This document shows positions 13,081 through 26,322 of a DNA stretch of 64,000 bases, piece after piece. Position 1 is the first letter of the stretch, and each line of letters starts with the position of its first letter. This DNA is from Paraphysomonas bandaiensis (taxonomy: Eukaryota; Protista; Chrysophyceae), in contig CBFFRP010000111.1 in the NCBI GenBank assembly GCA_965644295.1, positions 126,074 through 190,073 of the forward strand. The letters run 5' to 3'. Below the pieces are notes generated by a model. The model made no database searches, was not told the DNA's origin, and worked only from the letters and a program-made list of their open reading frames with translations. Made by a program: the position numbers and the translations under genes.

Positions 13081-16000
13081 AAGTTACCGTATACGACTGT
13101 ATAGATACGATTTTGTTCTGTTGTAATTTTTGTCTCGTACAAATGTGACGCAACTGTATTTGGTACTATGTATCGAATTGTTAAGTATTTCTATATTTTT
13201 GGTGTAATTTTGTCTCAACGATGTAATGTAAAATTCCACCCGGAAGGAGTGGCCATGGATGTTTTGATGTACAGACATACAGCAAAACAAAATTGTACAT
13301 ACAGATTAAATCAATTAATTATAATTCTTCGTAGACGAAGAGTTGAAGCAAAGTAATGTGATACTAGGATGCCTTGTCCTAGCTTCATAGACTTTGCCCA
13401 CGATTCTAATCTGATCTACATAGAGTGTTCCCAGATCCTAGAGGAAGAGTAACATCATCCAATCAGTATTTTATTCGCCGTACTGACGGACCTTCGCAGT
13501 TGGTATTTTTTTTCATTCTTATTTGTTTAGTATAATAAAGCAAATGATATCAGCATGTGTGTTTACTTTCTTTTACTTGTGTCTTACAATCTCCATGTGT
13601 TCCTACATGCATAAGGATGCATATTAGAGTAGCCATATATCAGAATACTGTCAAATATCTACTAGTTATGAAGTCATTTTGGGCTAATATATATAAGAAA
13701 GCTTGTAGTACTTCAACTCTTTAGGAGATACATATGAATGACCTTTTAATAGTTTCCTCTATCTTTGGAATAGCTATACTTCTACATATGTTATGACATA
13801 GCTGAGGTGTAGATAAAGAAAACTGCAAATTAGTGTGGCAAAACACTAATAGTTCTAGTAATTTATTTATCATGCACACTTGTTGTGGTCGTTCTAAAGA
13901 TTCAGTACACTAAATACCATCTTCATAGTGAAAGCGTAAGAGTCAATGATATATTGTAGTGCTTTGTTGTGTAGTATACGTATAGTATGACTCCATTTGA
14001 TTTGCAAATCAGTCGCAATGGACACAACTCATAATGAAATATCCGATACAAATTTGTGTGTCAAAAACTTCAGTCATGTACAGCAGATGTACGCAAGGAA
14101 GTTTCGTGAGCTGTATGAGTGTGCTGTTACGGCTATATTTCTATTTGAAATCAACTCCATAAACGAACTATTATACCACATGTCTAGATGTTAATGTGAT
14201 GTTACTTGAATTTCGCGTCAATCCCTGTGAACATCCTACCCAATGATATCAAAGAAACACATATTCATAGGTATAAAGATCATAAAACCATCATCATCAG
14301 CAGATCAAATATATCATTAAAACAGGGTTTTTCGTATTTTTAACAATAAACAAATTATAAAAAAGGGTTATTTTTAAGTCTATATCGAAATAGGGATCTG
14401 GAACATACTCTACATCGAGATACTGGACAGCAGCATATGTATGTGTACATATGGTTTGTACATACGACTATACAGCAGTCACAGTACGTTGAACTAACTC
14501 TCCATATATACATATACATACATACATACATATCGTCAGCAGGTCACATCATCACATTCACATTCACTCACTCACAACAAACTGCATTTCATAGTATTTC
14601 ATTAATCAAACTAATCATATCATTCATTCACTCATCTCATAATTAATCTACTTGTGTTTACATATACTCATACCAGCTAATGAAGTACTAGTATATACAT
14701 ATATATACACAGTCATATGAACCGTATCTGAAAGTAGTTATCATATCCATTTGTGTTGTTATGATTGGTACAAATTTAACAACTGAAATTATTATATTTT
14801 GTGCATTTGGTTCACTACTTTGTTGTATTGTTTATCATTTTTTTAGAAGCACAAGATATCAACACAGTGGCCATTCACGTGTCAGGTTTGTTAGCATTCA
14901 TGTTATATTATCTTATGAGATATGAGCTAATTATAGTTTTCAGTCCACTCTTATTTAGGGGAACTCCAACGAGTGCAGTCCAAAATAGCAACAGAATTAA
15001 TTCACCTCACAGTGCGGTTGATGTTAGAGATGATTTCGATGGGTGCTACGATATTGTGCAAGTGCAAAGTTATGATGATAGTTAAACCTCCAGTCTGAAC
15101 CTTAGCATATGGGCATTTTTATTATGTATGTGTACATTTATGTGTTACTTGATAGCAAACTTATGCAGTTGTGTGGGTTATTATTTATATATCGGCCGCT
15201 ATAATTGCGTTTTATCTCTTATGTCGTATTGCTTAACTGTTTCTACTTTTGCTATGTATAATCAACGTAATTTCCCACTGAAATTGAGGGATATAATCAT
15301 GAACCATGTTCCGTTTAGTGTGCAATATGTTGATGGCACATCTGTCATGTCTGTGTCGTTTATGCTGGTTCCAAAGCTGCCGGGAGCAACAATAAATCAG
15401 CTATTTTGTACAAGTAACTACAATATATAGTCAATTCAGTTTGTCATAATTTTATTGCCATCACAATTTACCTGGTGTTCTTAATTATTAGGGATCTATT
15501 ATTGGCCCTAGTCAACTGGGTGTCCTAACTTAGTCACACCAAAATTGGTGTAAAAACGTAGCCAAGTGGTTGAAATACTCAGTCATTAAATAATTCATAT
15601 TTTCAGTTTACAATGACTAGTATGTGTTTATGGTATTCATTCAAATATGGGAGAATAGTCTAGATATCGGCACATCACATTTCATCCTTACAGTGGGTGC
15701 ATTCGTAAGCACTTTAGCATAGCACATACACCCCTATGACCCAATTTCTATGGAAACTGCTCCATCTGTAGCCTCTTACTATACTTTCGAGCTTTTAGCC
15801 GCTGAAATTCCTGTTTCTTCATTGGCGGCGTAAAAATTAGCACATTCGTACAGTCCTCGAAATCACTTCCGTCATCAAAGTCGGCATTTTCATCGTCTGA
15901 AGATAAATGTGGTCGTTATTCCAGGAAACTTGGAATATCTAATGATATATGTGAAGTTCTATCAACGACTTTATTGACCATACCTTCTTCCTCAGAGAAC

Positions 16001-16870
16001 TGAATAAAGGAATTCATAAGTTATAGAAAGCTATATAACTGTATTGTTTCAAGTACTATATAATATGTATTAATTGATGTTGGAATGTTTTTTTAAATGC
16101 TCTTCGAGGCAGTAATGATGTAAGGAAGTATCTTGTACAGTCAGAATGATGTATCAAAATCCTTTCAAAATGCGGTTTGTATTCATTCATATTTAGTATA
16201 AACTATAAACGCGAGTGCCACTAATATCATGATGTTTCCAAAGGGAACTACCCCATTCCAATAGTGTGGCTATAGTGTAGGCTCGCTGGTACACCACATA
16301 TGACACCAAGATTTTGCGCTGATTCTACATAGCCACACACCCAACCGTTCACCATCACTAAAACTAAAAACTAAAAAACATACTTCGAAGGGTCTATATT
16401 CATACTTGAGCGGTGCAGTCCTGCCTATATCTTTTCTGTTCTCTGCTTTTTTTGACTTGATCTATGCTGCATTGGCTTCACTTTACCTGCAGTGCGACTT
16501 CACTGTTCTTTAACGTGTAGATGCCTAGTTATATGCTAGTACAATTTATGACAAGGTTTATAACTAAAACTGACTAGGTTGAATACTATTTTCTTATTAT
16601 CTATTTAACAATAGTTGTATTACGTAGTTTGATATTTTATTTAGCAGTGCACTCAACACGGGTTAATAACTCCAGTTTATGAATATTCTTTATCATTACG
16701 ATTGACATATCAAGCCTTTCACCACTCACTCAATACATTTAATCGACGAATGTGGCATTGATGACCAGGAAATAAACACCTATCAGAATTCATAGTACCG
16801 CGTATTCAACCACTTCACTACATATTTATCATTCAGCTGCAAAACTAACTCAACACGAAATAACAACATG

Positions 16871-17634
16871 TCACGGACTACTATATGATTCATATACAGT
16901 ATTTTGTGGCTGAGATTTAATTTCATCAGACATGACGGATATCCACGTATCTCTTTCAGCCGCTGTGTCGCATATAAAAGTTTTGTTCACCGAATCAGTT
17001 GTTCTTAGTTGAAATGAATACTGCAGGAAGAGTATAACATTAGGGAGGCAACATAAACAAATAAACCACATACCGAGTAATCTCTTGTGGCAGAATTTTG
17101 GGTCACCGTCGACTTCCGAGGTATTTGAATGATAGATACAGCAGCCTTCGCAATATCTGAATCATACCCGTACAATCGTACGGGTGCTGTCGACGTCGCC
17201 GGCGCTAATTTGAAATACTTTCTACGGTTGGTTCTATTGCCGGTCTCTGTCAACCATCCCTCGTGTAGGTACGTACCATTTGCTGTTATAGGACTGTGCG
17301 GTGATTTGTGCTGATGGGCTTGGTCCAATTTATCTCCAAACATTTGCTTTAGAGTCCGTTGCTGACGCTTTAACATTTCATCATGTTCAACAGTTTTGTT
17401 GTGTATCGCCGGAATATGGGACTCCTTCTCTCGTAAATCCATTTCTATTCTTGCCAACCGTTGATGAAATGTATCCAACCATTCTTCATGTTTATGTTTC
17501 ATGTTTAAAACATCGAATTCTCTGTCCATTTGTGCTGCTTTCTCCTTCACTTTACTGTCAAGACTCTGCACTAATGACAGCTTCTCATTCAACATATCAC
17601 GCCAATTATATGCAGGTTTATTTCGTGATTTCAT
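16871..17634 (-). CDS. Coiled-coil plus PH-domain protein (one intron near 17030-17075; 5' end uncertain)
   Basis: HEGWLTETGNRTNRRKYFKL...LYGYDSD...YSFQLRT...KTFICDTAAERDTWISVM (PH C-terminal helix with the conserved Trp). Confidence 0.8.
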
Positions 17635-18011
17635 TATAAAGGTTTATGCTATAGTAAAGATCGAGTAGTAGTATACACACCTCAGTTCAATAGCATCATC
17701 AATTTAAGGTCAGTAAATCTTGCAAGTTAACAGTTACAGTTAAATATTAATACTCAATTGAATGATGTAATCCGTATATTATGAAATACAAATGAAATGA
17801 ATATGTATAATAGTGATATATATGATGAAATTATAGTTATATTAATAAGTAATGCACTGAAAGGACAGCAACTGCATATATACAATCTAGAAATGAGATC
17901 CCAAACCATCACACAACACAGTTGACAGTTGGGATTATGGTATACCATACCTCCCTACTATACACACAATATCCATATCAATTATACGTACCTATGTAAT
18001 AAAATACGTAG

Positions 18012-18156
18012 ATACATACATACATACATACATACATACATACATACATACATACATACATACATACATACATACATACATACATACATACATACATACA
18101 TACATACATACATACATACATACATACATACATACATACATACATACATACATACA

Positions 18157-18187
<31 letters not shown>

Positions 18188-18822
18188 GTACATACATACA
18201 CACATACATACATACATACATACATACATACATACATACATACATACATACATACATACATACATACATACATACATACATACATACATACATACATACA
18301 TACATACATACATACATACATACATACATACATACATACATACATACATACATACATACATACATACATACATACATACATACATACATACATACATACA
18401 TACATACATACATACATACATACATACATACATACATACATACATACATACATACATACATACATACATACATACATACATACATACATACATACATACA
18501 TACATACATACATACATACATACATACATACATACATACATACATACATACATACATACATACATACATACATACATACATACATACATACATACATACA
18601 TACATACATACATACATACATACATACATACATACATACATACATACATACATACATACATACATACATACATACATACATACATACATACATACATACA
18701 TACATACATACATACATACATACATACATACATACATACATACATACATACATACATACATACATACATACATACATACATACATACATACATACATACA
18801 TACATACATACATACATACATA
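18012..18822 (+). repeat. (TACA)n microsatellite, ~810 bp
   Basis: Directly visible and nearly perfect, with two small interruptions near 18185-18205. Confidence 0.99.
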
Positions 18823-19090
18823 GAGGGGCATCAGTTACACAGGGTAGGGTAGGGTATGTGTGTATGTATGTATGTGTGTGTATGTAAGTGTGTATTAGAG
18901 CAGCTCTGTTATCGCTCTGTAACTTAAGGCATATATATACACACCACACCAACAAACAAGATGTTATCATCTGAGTACATCTGATATCATCATACTCTTG
19001 TGGTGCATACATTAACGCATCTGATCATAAGCCATACATACATATATACATACTCATATATACATACTCATCCATATATATATCTATATT

Positions 19091-21020
19091 ATGGACAGAC
19101 TCGTTAAGAAGATCAAAGAACAGTTCTCTCATGAAGCGATTATTGAGATATATGTCTTAGATGAGACGGGTAGGCCGATGGAGCTGTATTCCGGTCTTCC
19201 CAGTGGACTGACCCCTTCCTACTTACATGAGGTGCTGTACACTGCTATATACACACTGTTATAGTCACGCTGTTTCATATACACACTGTTATATACACTG
19301 TTTTATATACATAATGTTTTATTGATATGGACTAAAACGGCAGCACAGGTTTTAAAAGATCCGAGTACATTTTATGTTTTCAGCGTAGTTGGTATTGATG
19401 AAAATTTTGCTGATTTGATAGATATTCATAGAGATAAAATGTCCCGAAAAGAGTTTTGCTGGCTGACAGGTATTTTTTGAAGCTATAGTATGTTGAGTGT
19501 GTAGTTATTGTTTCCTGTGTCGTGTATTTAGATCCTTCGCCTCCCCAAGCTGTTGACAGAACATCCACTACTATCTCATTGAAGTGGGATCCCGTGAATT
19601 TTTGTGGCGTAGATGTTTCTGTCGTTGCTGATTCCATTACTTATACACTTGAGGCATGCGAAGGTCAAGAGTGGCGTGGGGGATTAGCCTCTAAGTTTGT
19701 TACTGATCTGTCGGCTGATGATTACCGAGTGATGTGTAAGGGGTCACAAGTGGTTAGTGTCACTGTAGAGGATCTGAAGCCCGCTCAGTGGTATCACTTT
19801 CGCGTTAGTGTTCAATATGCCGGCACGGTCGTCACAAGCTCCTCGCGAGCTGTGTCAACCCTCACTTCACCACCAAGTAAACCATCTCAACCTAATATAT
19901 ATCTTATCATGAACGAAAACGATATGTTTGTCAATCGTGATCGATGGGAGCCACAAGTCCGTTTGACATGGGGTCCTCCCACGTGCAATGGTTCACAGAT
20001 TCGGAAGTACCATATTCAATTGAAGGAATACTATTCTTGTGCCTCAGATATGGTGTGGTCTCGAGGTAGTCCAAGCCGTGAGTCTGACGATGAAGATGAT
20101 GGTCACCATACTAGTCGCAATACAGTCACTAATATTGCAGGAGAAAACCTCGTCTCAGACAAGTGGCGTACTGTATATTGCAATCTGGTTCGCAGTCACC
20201 TTCTTGACCCTCCAAGGTTTAAATGCAAAGCATGGGGAATTCGACTGCGTGCTATGAATGCGTCAGGCTGGTCTCCTTACTGTGACGTCATGATCCTCGA
20301 CCACCGATCGCACCCGAAGCTTTTCACAACTAGGAAACCAACAACCGCCAGTAAGCTCCCTCCCTTACAGAAGTCTCCGTCAAGATGGTCCCCGAAGAAT
20401 TCGACCCCTTCAAATAGTCAAATGTTAACTCGAAAATCATACGGAGACGTGCCCACTAAGAACTCCTTCTTTTCCAATCAAGAAGGAATAGAAACACATA
20501 CAGATAATGTGGACGTATGGACTGCGCCAGACGAAAGTGATAAACAGGATTCACAAGAAGAGCTGCAGAAGACCTTCTCATCGGCAATTAAGAATTTGCA
20601 GGAAGAAAGCAAAGAGGACACGACTTCTTCTCGAGCGCAGAGTGCACCCAATGTTCGATTCGAGTCATCACGCTGTAAGACTCCAAATTTTCTTCTGCCT
20701 GCCAATCACAAAGACCGAGAGAGAGTTGGAAAAGTCCTTGCTGTGGATGTTTCGCTGAGTCCAAGACGTAGTATTGCGGGTAAAAAGTCCGTAAATTCTA
20801 CTCATGGCAGTACCACATCATGGGCGTCTGAGGTCCAGGAAGACTATGACCATTCTATTGAAAGAGAAATTGACAGGTTAGCGCACGACATACATTTCAT
20901 ATTCGTCACTATATTTTTTCTCTATTTATGTGGTTTTACTGTAATAGAATATGGGAAAGAACATGTTTCAACAGAGAATTCATCAGAGAAGTTATACAAA
21001 ACATTTCTGCTGACGCTTGA
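19091..21020 (+). CDS. Fibronectin type III domain protein with low-complexity C-terminus, multi-exon
   Basis: TTISLKWDP...YTLEA...VTVEDLKPAQWYHFRVSV and VRLTWGPPTCNGSQIRKYHIQ...IRLRAMNASGWSPY give two FN3 repeats. ATG at 19091. A probable last intron at 20877-20948 gives a stop at 21020; the unspliced ORF would end at 21108. Confidence 0.8.
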
Positions 21021-21369
21021 ATGCGCCATTATGAATCGTCGAAACGGTGATTACGCAGATTACGGCGAATTGGACACCTTGAGAATAGTTGTTGCCGATG
21101 CGCACTAGGGTAAAATAATATGTATGTACATTGATAATGCATTGAAGAGATAAAGTTCATGTCAGAAGTTAGTTTTTACAGTGATATCATATGTTAGTGT
21201 TTTATTATCATATACTTACGTAAAGAACAATATTCAAGCTGTACACAGATTTGCTAAGTTTGAACATATTACTGAAGTTAGTCAACGTTGTTCCTAACAC
21301 TCACTTTGTTGTACATAATGTTTTTGTACTTCCAAGAAAGAATTATAATTGTTAGTAATATTAATGAAG

Positions 21370-22665
21370 CACCTGACGAACAAAAAACGAAGGGAGAGAG
21401 ACAAGGACAAGCCTTTTTACCCCCAAACCCCTAGGGGCTTCTTCTCTTCGAGTGTTTCCAATTACAACCTTCGGTCGTAAGTCCTTGCAGTTTGTAAGTT
21501 CAACTTATAACTCATTATGAATAAGTTATAATTACTTTATATATTATTTATATTCTTAAATAAAATTAATAACTTTATATATTTTTTATAATGTTTATAA
21601 TAAAAAGTAATATAGATAGTAAAGTAGATTTAATAAGTAGATTTAATAGTAGATATAGAGAGAGGAAAAAAATAAAATGAAAAATAATTTAATTTGTAAG
21701 GTTTGTAAAAACCCCGGGATTCTACCATTAAAACTACTTATTAAATCTACTTTGTTATCTATATGACTTTTTTATAATAATGTATAATGGCAATGCTTTA
21801 AGCTCTGGAATGTAGTTGTAGTGATATAATGGCGAAGCTTTAAGCTCTGGAATGTAGTTGTAGTGATATAATGGCGATTTATATAAAAACCCTTAATTTC
21901 ACAATTTTATAAAAATATATAAAACATTTTTTAATATATAAAATCATTTAAAAAAATAATTATATATATATAATATATATAGTTATGACAAAAACAAAAT
22001 CTGAGATCAATGGTGAAAAGATTACAAAAGAAGAGAAGGAGCAATTTATAGGTAAATATTTACAACTTTACAAAGACAAAGAACTTAAAAGATTATATAA
22101 AGAAGAAGTTGATAATTATGAAACATATATAAATAAGAAAGTCTCTGAAACTGTAGGAACGTTAAATACAAAGATAAGAATAAATGAAAACACAATAAGA
22201 ACAGATATAATTAAGAAACTAGAAACAGAAGATTATGAAAAAGTTTTCCCTAAGTCAACAACTTACATTAAACAAAATATATTCCATGGTTACGATAGTA
22301 TGTTTTACGTATTAACAAAAAACCCAGATGGTCATATACTACCATATGAGTATTCACAAACTAATTTTATAAACACATTTGGAAAGTACTTTCCCGATCA
22401 TATTAAAGCATGGTTTAATAAATACTCTGATAAACATACTTTAGTATGTGATAACACAAAACCCAGGATATTTTCTAAAGGTGATGACGACTTCTTAAAT
22501 TTGTTTTCAGGATATAAATACGATAAGAACTCAAAGAAAGATATGAAGAAAATTGAGCGAGGTAAAAAAGGAATGAAGTTCATATGGAATCACATTAAAG
22601 AAGTGTGGAATTCAGGGAATGAAGTTAATTATAAGTATGACAAAAGCTGGATAAGAAAGCTATAA
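21370..22665 (+). mobile_element. Endogenous virophage / Polinton-like-virus fragment (AT-rich terminal region plus first gene)
   Basis: Abrupt shift to very AT-rich sequence, inverted and tandem repeats upstream, and an intronless Lys/Asn-rich ORF resembling a viral D5-like helicase N-terminus. The left boundary is approximate. Confidence 0.6.
21985..22665 (+). pseudogene. Truncated D5-like / SF3 helicase N-terminal region
   Basis: ...PRIF...FLNLFSGY...FIWNHIKEVWNSGNEVNYKY..SWIRKL resembles the segment just before Walker A in phage/virophage primase-helicases. The ORF stops where unrelated, GC-richer DNA begins. Confidence 0.6.
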
Positions 22666-23617
22666 CAACACCCGGTTTGATAACCAGGGTGTTGGCTCGT
22701 AAACAATAGTACTACTATAACACCTACACTGAACCAACAAGCACAGTAATGACGGTATTATTATTAAAACACTTTTCCAAGTTTAGACCTAAACTCAGTT
22801 AGTGACTCCCGCGAAGAGTCACCGCGCAATGGTATACCGCTGGCACCCAAGATCACTAGCACCAAGCTTTGGTCTAACTTAAAACAAGTGATAAACACCA
22901 TAGAAGCATATATGCACACACACACACTCCTAACATGATGGTGCAACACACGTGGTGTCATCACACCACCACAGGTTGCGTAACTCTTCAATCAAAAACT
23001 GAAAAATACACAGCAACCTGATAGGGAGTGACTCACCAGCATATGCCGAGAGTACACCGTATACTACGTATCTATACCCTACCAGAGACTGAAAACCCCC
23101 TAATCCAGGAAAATTATTTAGCCCGCACCGCAGGTGCGGGATCCCGCACCCTTGTTTTTACACAAAGGCCGCACAGCAAGTGCGCCCATCGAGTGATCCA
23201 ATCAGCAGAGTGCATCATAGCATAGTGCATCATATCACATGCATCGAGTATATGTATATAGTAATATGACGAGGCAGCCATATGCAGCAGATACACGTTA
23301 ATGAGTGCTTGAATGATAGGTGATAACATGTTGCTACCATCTTATTTCATGAAACTGTGAGATGAGATATGCAGTTACTGGACGAGGTTTATAAGGCTGT
23401 ATGGAGAGGAACTGTGAAGGGCTGTATATTATGGTATGAAGTGATATGATATGGATATCAATGATTGAATTCCAGGTGGGAGCATCATGCTCCCATCATC
23501 CTATTTAAAGTGTCAGGTATGCAGAGAGATGAGAAGTGGTACATTTGAAGGAATAGAAGGCTGTATATCATGCATGCACTATGTTGTGTGATGGTATATG
23601 AGATGCTGAATGTTGTC

Positions 23618-24003
23618 ATGGTTTATTATGCTGTTGTAGGCGCAATGACGTTTATACTTACCGGTGCAAGAGGGATGCCTAAGCGACACAAGCGCCCGGC
23701 TGCCCCTGTACCATCTTGCAGTGAATATGTGTCATGTTGTGTAAGGGTATGCAGTATGGCTGTATGTGATAAGAATTCTGAACGGTGTGGAATAATAAAA
23801 TGCTGAAGGCTGTGATGGTTTATTATGCTGTTGTAGGCGCAATGACGTTTATACTTACCGGTGCAAGAGGGATGCCTAAGCGACACAAGCGCCCGGCTGC
23901 CCCTGTTCCATCTTGCAGTGAATATGTGTCATGTTGTGTAAGGGTATGCAGTATGGCTGTATGTGATAAGAATTCTGAACGGTGTGGAATAATAAAATGC
24001 TGA
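23618..24003. repeat. 197-bp tandem repeat x2 inside the Crypton-like element
   Basis: atggtttattatgctgttgtaggcgcaatgacg... at 23618 and 23815. Also present twice in copy 2 (about 53680-54065). Confidence 0.95.
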
Positions 24004-24537
24004 ACGCTGTGATGGTTGATTATACTGTTGTATGCTCTGTAAATAATGATACGATGTATTCCAATTACTAATGAATCATTAATTATAAGGGTACAGTATA
24101 AAAAGTTGATGGAGTGGTTATAAATGAATACATATAGGCATTCTACAGATTACTAACATCAGACTGTGTCGAATAATAAAATGCTGCACGCTGTAATGGT
24201 TGATTATACTGTTGTATGCTCTGTAAATAATGATACGATGTATTCCAATTACTAATGAATCATTAATTATAAGGGTACATTATAAAAAGTTGATGGAGTG
24301 GTTATAAATGAATACATATAGGCATTCTACAGATTACTAACATCAGACTGTGTCGAATAATAAAATGCTGAACGCTGTAATGGTTGATTATACTGTTGTA
24401 TGCTCTGTAAATAATGATACGATGTATTCCAATTACTAATGAATCATTAATTATAAGGGTACATTATAAAAAGTTGATGGAGTGGTTATAAATGAATACA
24501 TATATTGGCATTCTACAGATTACTAACATCAGACTGA
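24003..24537. repeat. 184-bp tandem repeat x~2.9 inside the Crypton-like element
   Basis: gctgt(g/a)atggttgattatactgttgtatgctctg at 24006, 24190 and 24374. About two units in copy 2. Confidence 0.95.
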
Positions 24538-24613
24538 AGTTTCCTTTTCTTTGTCCTTGGAATAATGTTACCATCACTGTCCCTTCGTGCACTCATTGCA
24601 TCATATATACTGT

Positions 24614-26322
24614 TTATGTATTTCTTAGAGGCTTTTTTTTGGGGTGAAACTTGTCGTAATTTTCCTGACCAAATAAATCAACAATAACACGCAATTCAAC
24701 CTTTTCAGCTATGCATTTTAAATTACTCTTCCATTCTCTGTACGAAGTAGACTGACTTGCCATACAGGGTTTCGGCTCATCAAGAAAACGTTTCTCGTCA
24801 TCGTACAATAGGCCGAGTCCTTTAGTCAATACTCGATTTAGTTTTTTCTGTTTGTTGACGTTGTCTACCATAGGGTATCTCTTTCCTACAATTTCATGTA
24901 ATTCATAATCAAAATAGTCAATAATAACTGTTGATAAGCATAATTTTTCGAGAGTTTTATATTGAATGAAGGATATATGGGGCATGCGCTGCATGTTAAC
25001 TCTCATGTATTGAAAAACATTTGTCGTAGTAGTGGATGGACCTTTGGAAGGTCCTTCAGTAATCGGAGGCAAGACTGTAGGCGATGTAGGTATCCGTGAT
25101 ACAGTCTCTGAAGTTGGTATAGTGGTATCCGTTGGAATATTTTTCAAGCCTTCTAGAATATCAGCCACAGCAGTGTCTAATTTCTTGTGCAGATCAGCTA
25201 TTGCAATAGTTTGGGTGTCACACTTTCTATGAAGCTGTTGTATTTGGTCTCGAAGAATGCGATTCTCCTGGTAAATTTCGTCTACATTTCTTGTGTCTAC
25301 AAAATTAAGGCGAAGCCATTCCTCCTCAATCGCAGCACTCCATTGCATTATGTCATTCCAAGTGAAATGGTGGCGCATCATGTTGTGCTTGAATTTACAA
25401 ACCACTGCATGTTGTGCCGTGTATTTAGAAACAAATGATGGTAACCTCATAAGGAATGTAGCAAACACAGAGAGTTTAAATTGAAATAGACAGCCATCAA
25501 CCCCAAATTCTGGGTAAGTGAGTGGATAACATGTTTCGATTAACGCCATCACTTGTTCTCGGTTTCCATTGTTGATAAATACACACTCGGGTGGATATAT
25601 CTTATTCCTGGGATTAGAGTAGCCACTTAAAATTTTTCCACCCACAGCAATAGTGACATCTAGTCCCATGATATACTCAAAAATGCTGCACTCTCCGGAG
25701 AAGTCCCATCCTCCACGCATAATCGCATGGAAGATGCCGCCTGACTGACTACTGGCTATGTCAGTTGCAGCCCCGACTCTAAGACCCTTGCCTGTTGTTT
25801 CCCCACTGGACTTGTTTTCTCTGATATACGCACTCCTTGTGCGATACACCGCTTGATAATATGCTTTGATACTGCCGCTCTCACATCTTTGTACCACAGC
25901 TCATTGGAGCTGCTTAATAACTCATTTCTTTTAAATCGCTTCGTCAGCGCAGTCTTCGTGTCTGACAAATACTGCCAAGCAGTACCTAGGGTCAAAGGCT
26001 TCTTCGTTGTTCCATGGACGGCGTGATCGATCAAAAAGCCACCGAAACATTGAAATAGTTCTACATTTATATCACTGTCTATGAGTTCCTTATACCTCTT
26101 CTTCCCGTCGAACCGCATCTCCAAGTACTTCGCAAACTGAGCTAACGCAGAGGAGTTACGATTTTTGGTTTCCCCATCACCGACTTTTCTAATGCCCCCT
26201 GTGGTAGTTGATTCCGTGGTAGTTGATTCCGTGGTAGTTGATTCCGTGGTAGTTGATTCCGTGGTAGTTGATTCCGTGGTAGTTGATTCCGTGGTAGTTG
26301 ATTCCGTGGTAGTTGATTCCAT
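24614..26322 (-). pseudogene. Tyrosine recombinase (CryptonS-like), split by a deletion/frameshift near 25797
   Basis: An N-terminal part (MESTTT repeats...GTAWQYLSDTK...EKTSPVGK) is fused out of frame to TTGKGLRVGAA...RGGW...FEY. The box I region is missing. A further probable frameshift lies in an A-run near 24635. Confidence 0.7.

Noticed and set aside
17929-19012. Long ORFs of YIHT/MYVC repeats (also near 27483-27875 and 52113-52411)
   Set aside because: Translation artefacts of (TACA)n, which has no stop codons in any frame.
21420-21437. CCCCAAACCCCTAGGGG as a telomeric repeat
   Set aside because: Single occurrence with no tandem array.
23618-24537. CRISPR-like array
   Set aside because: The units are whole-length duplicates without unique spacers, there are no cas genes, and the context is eukaryotic.
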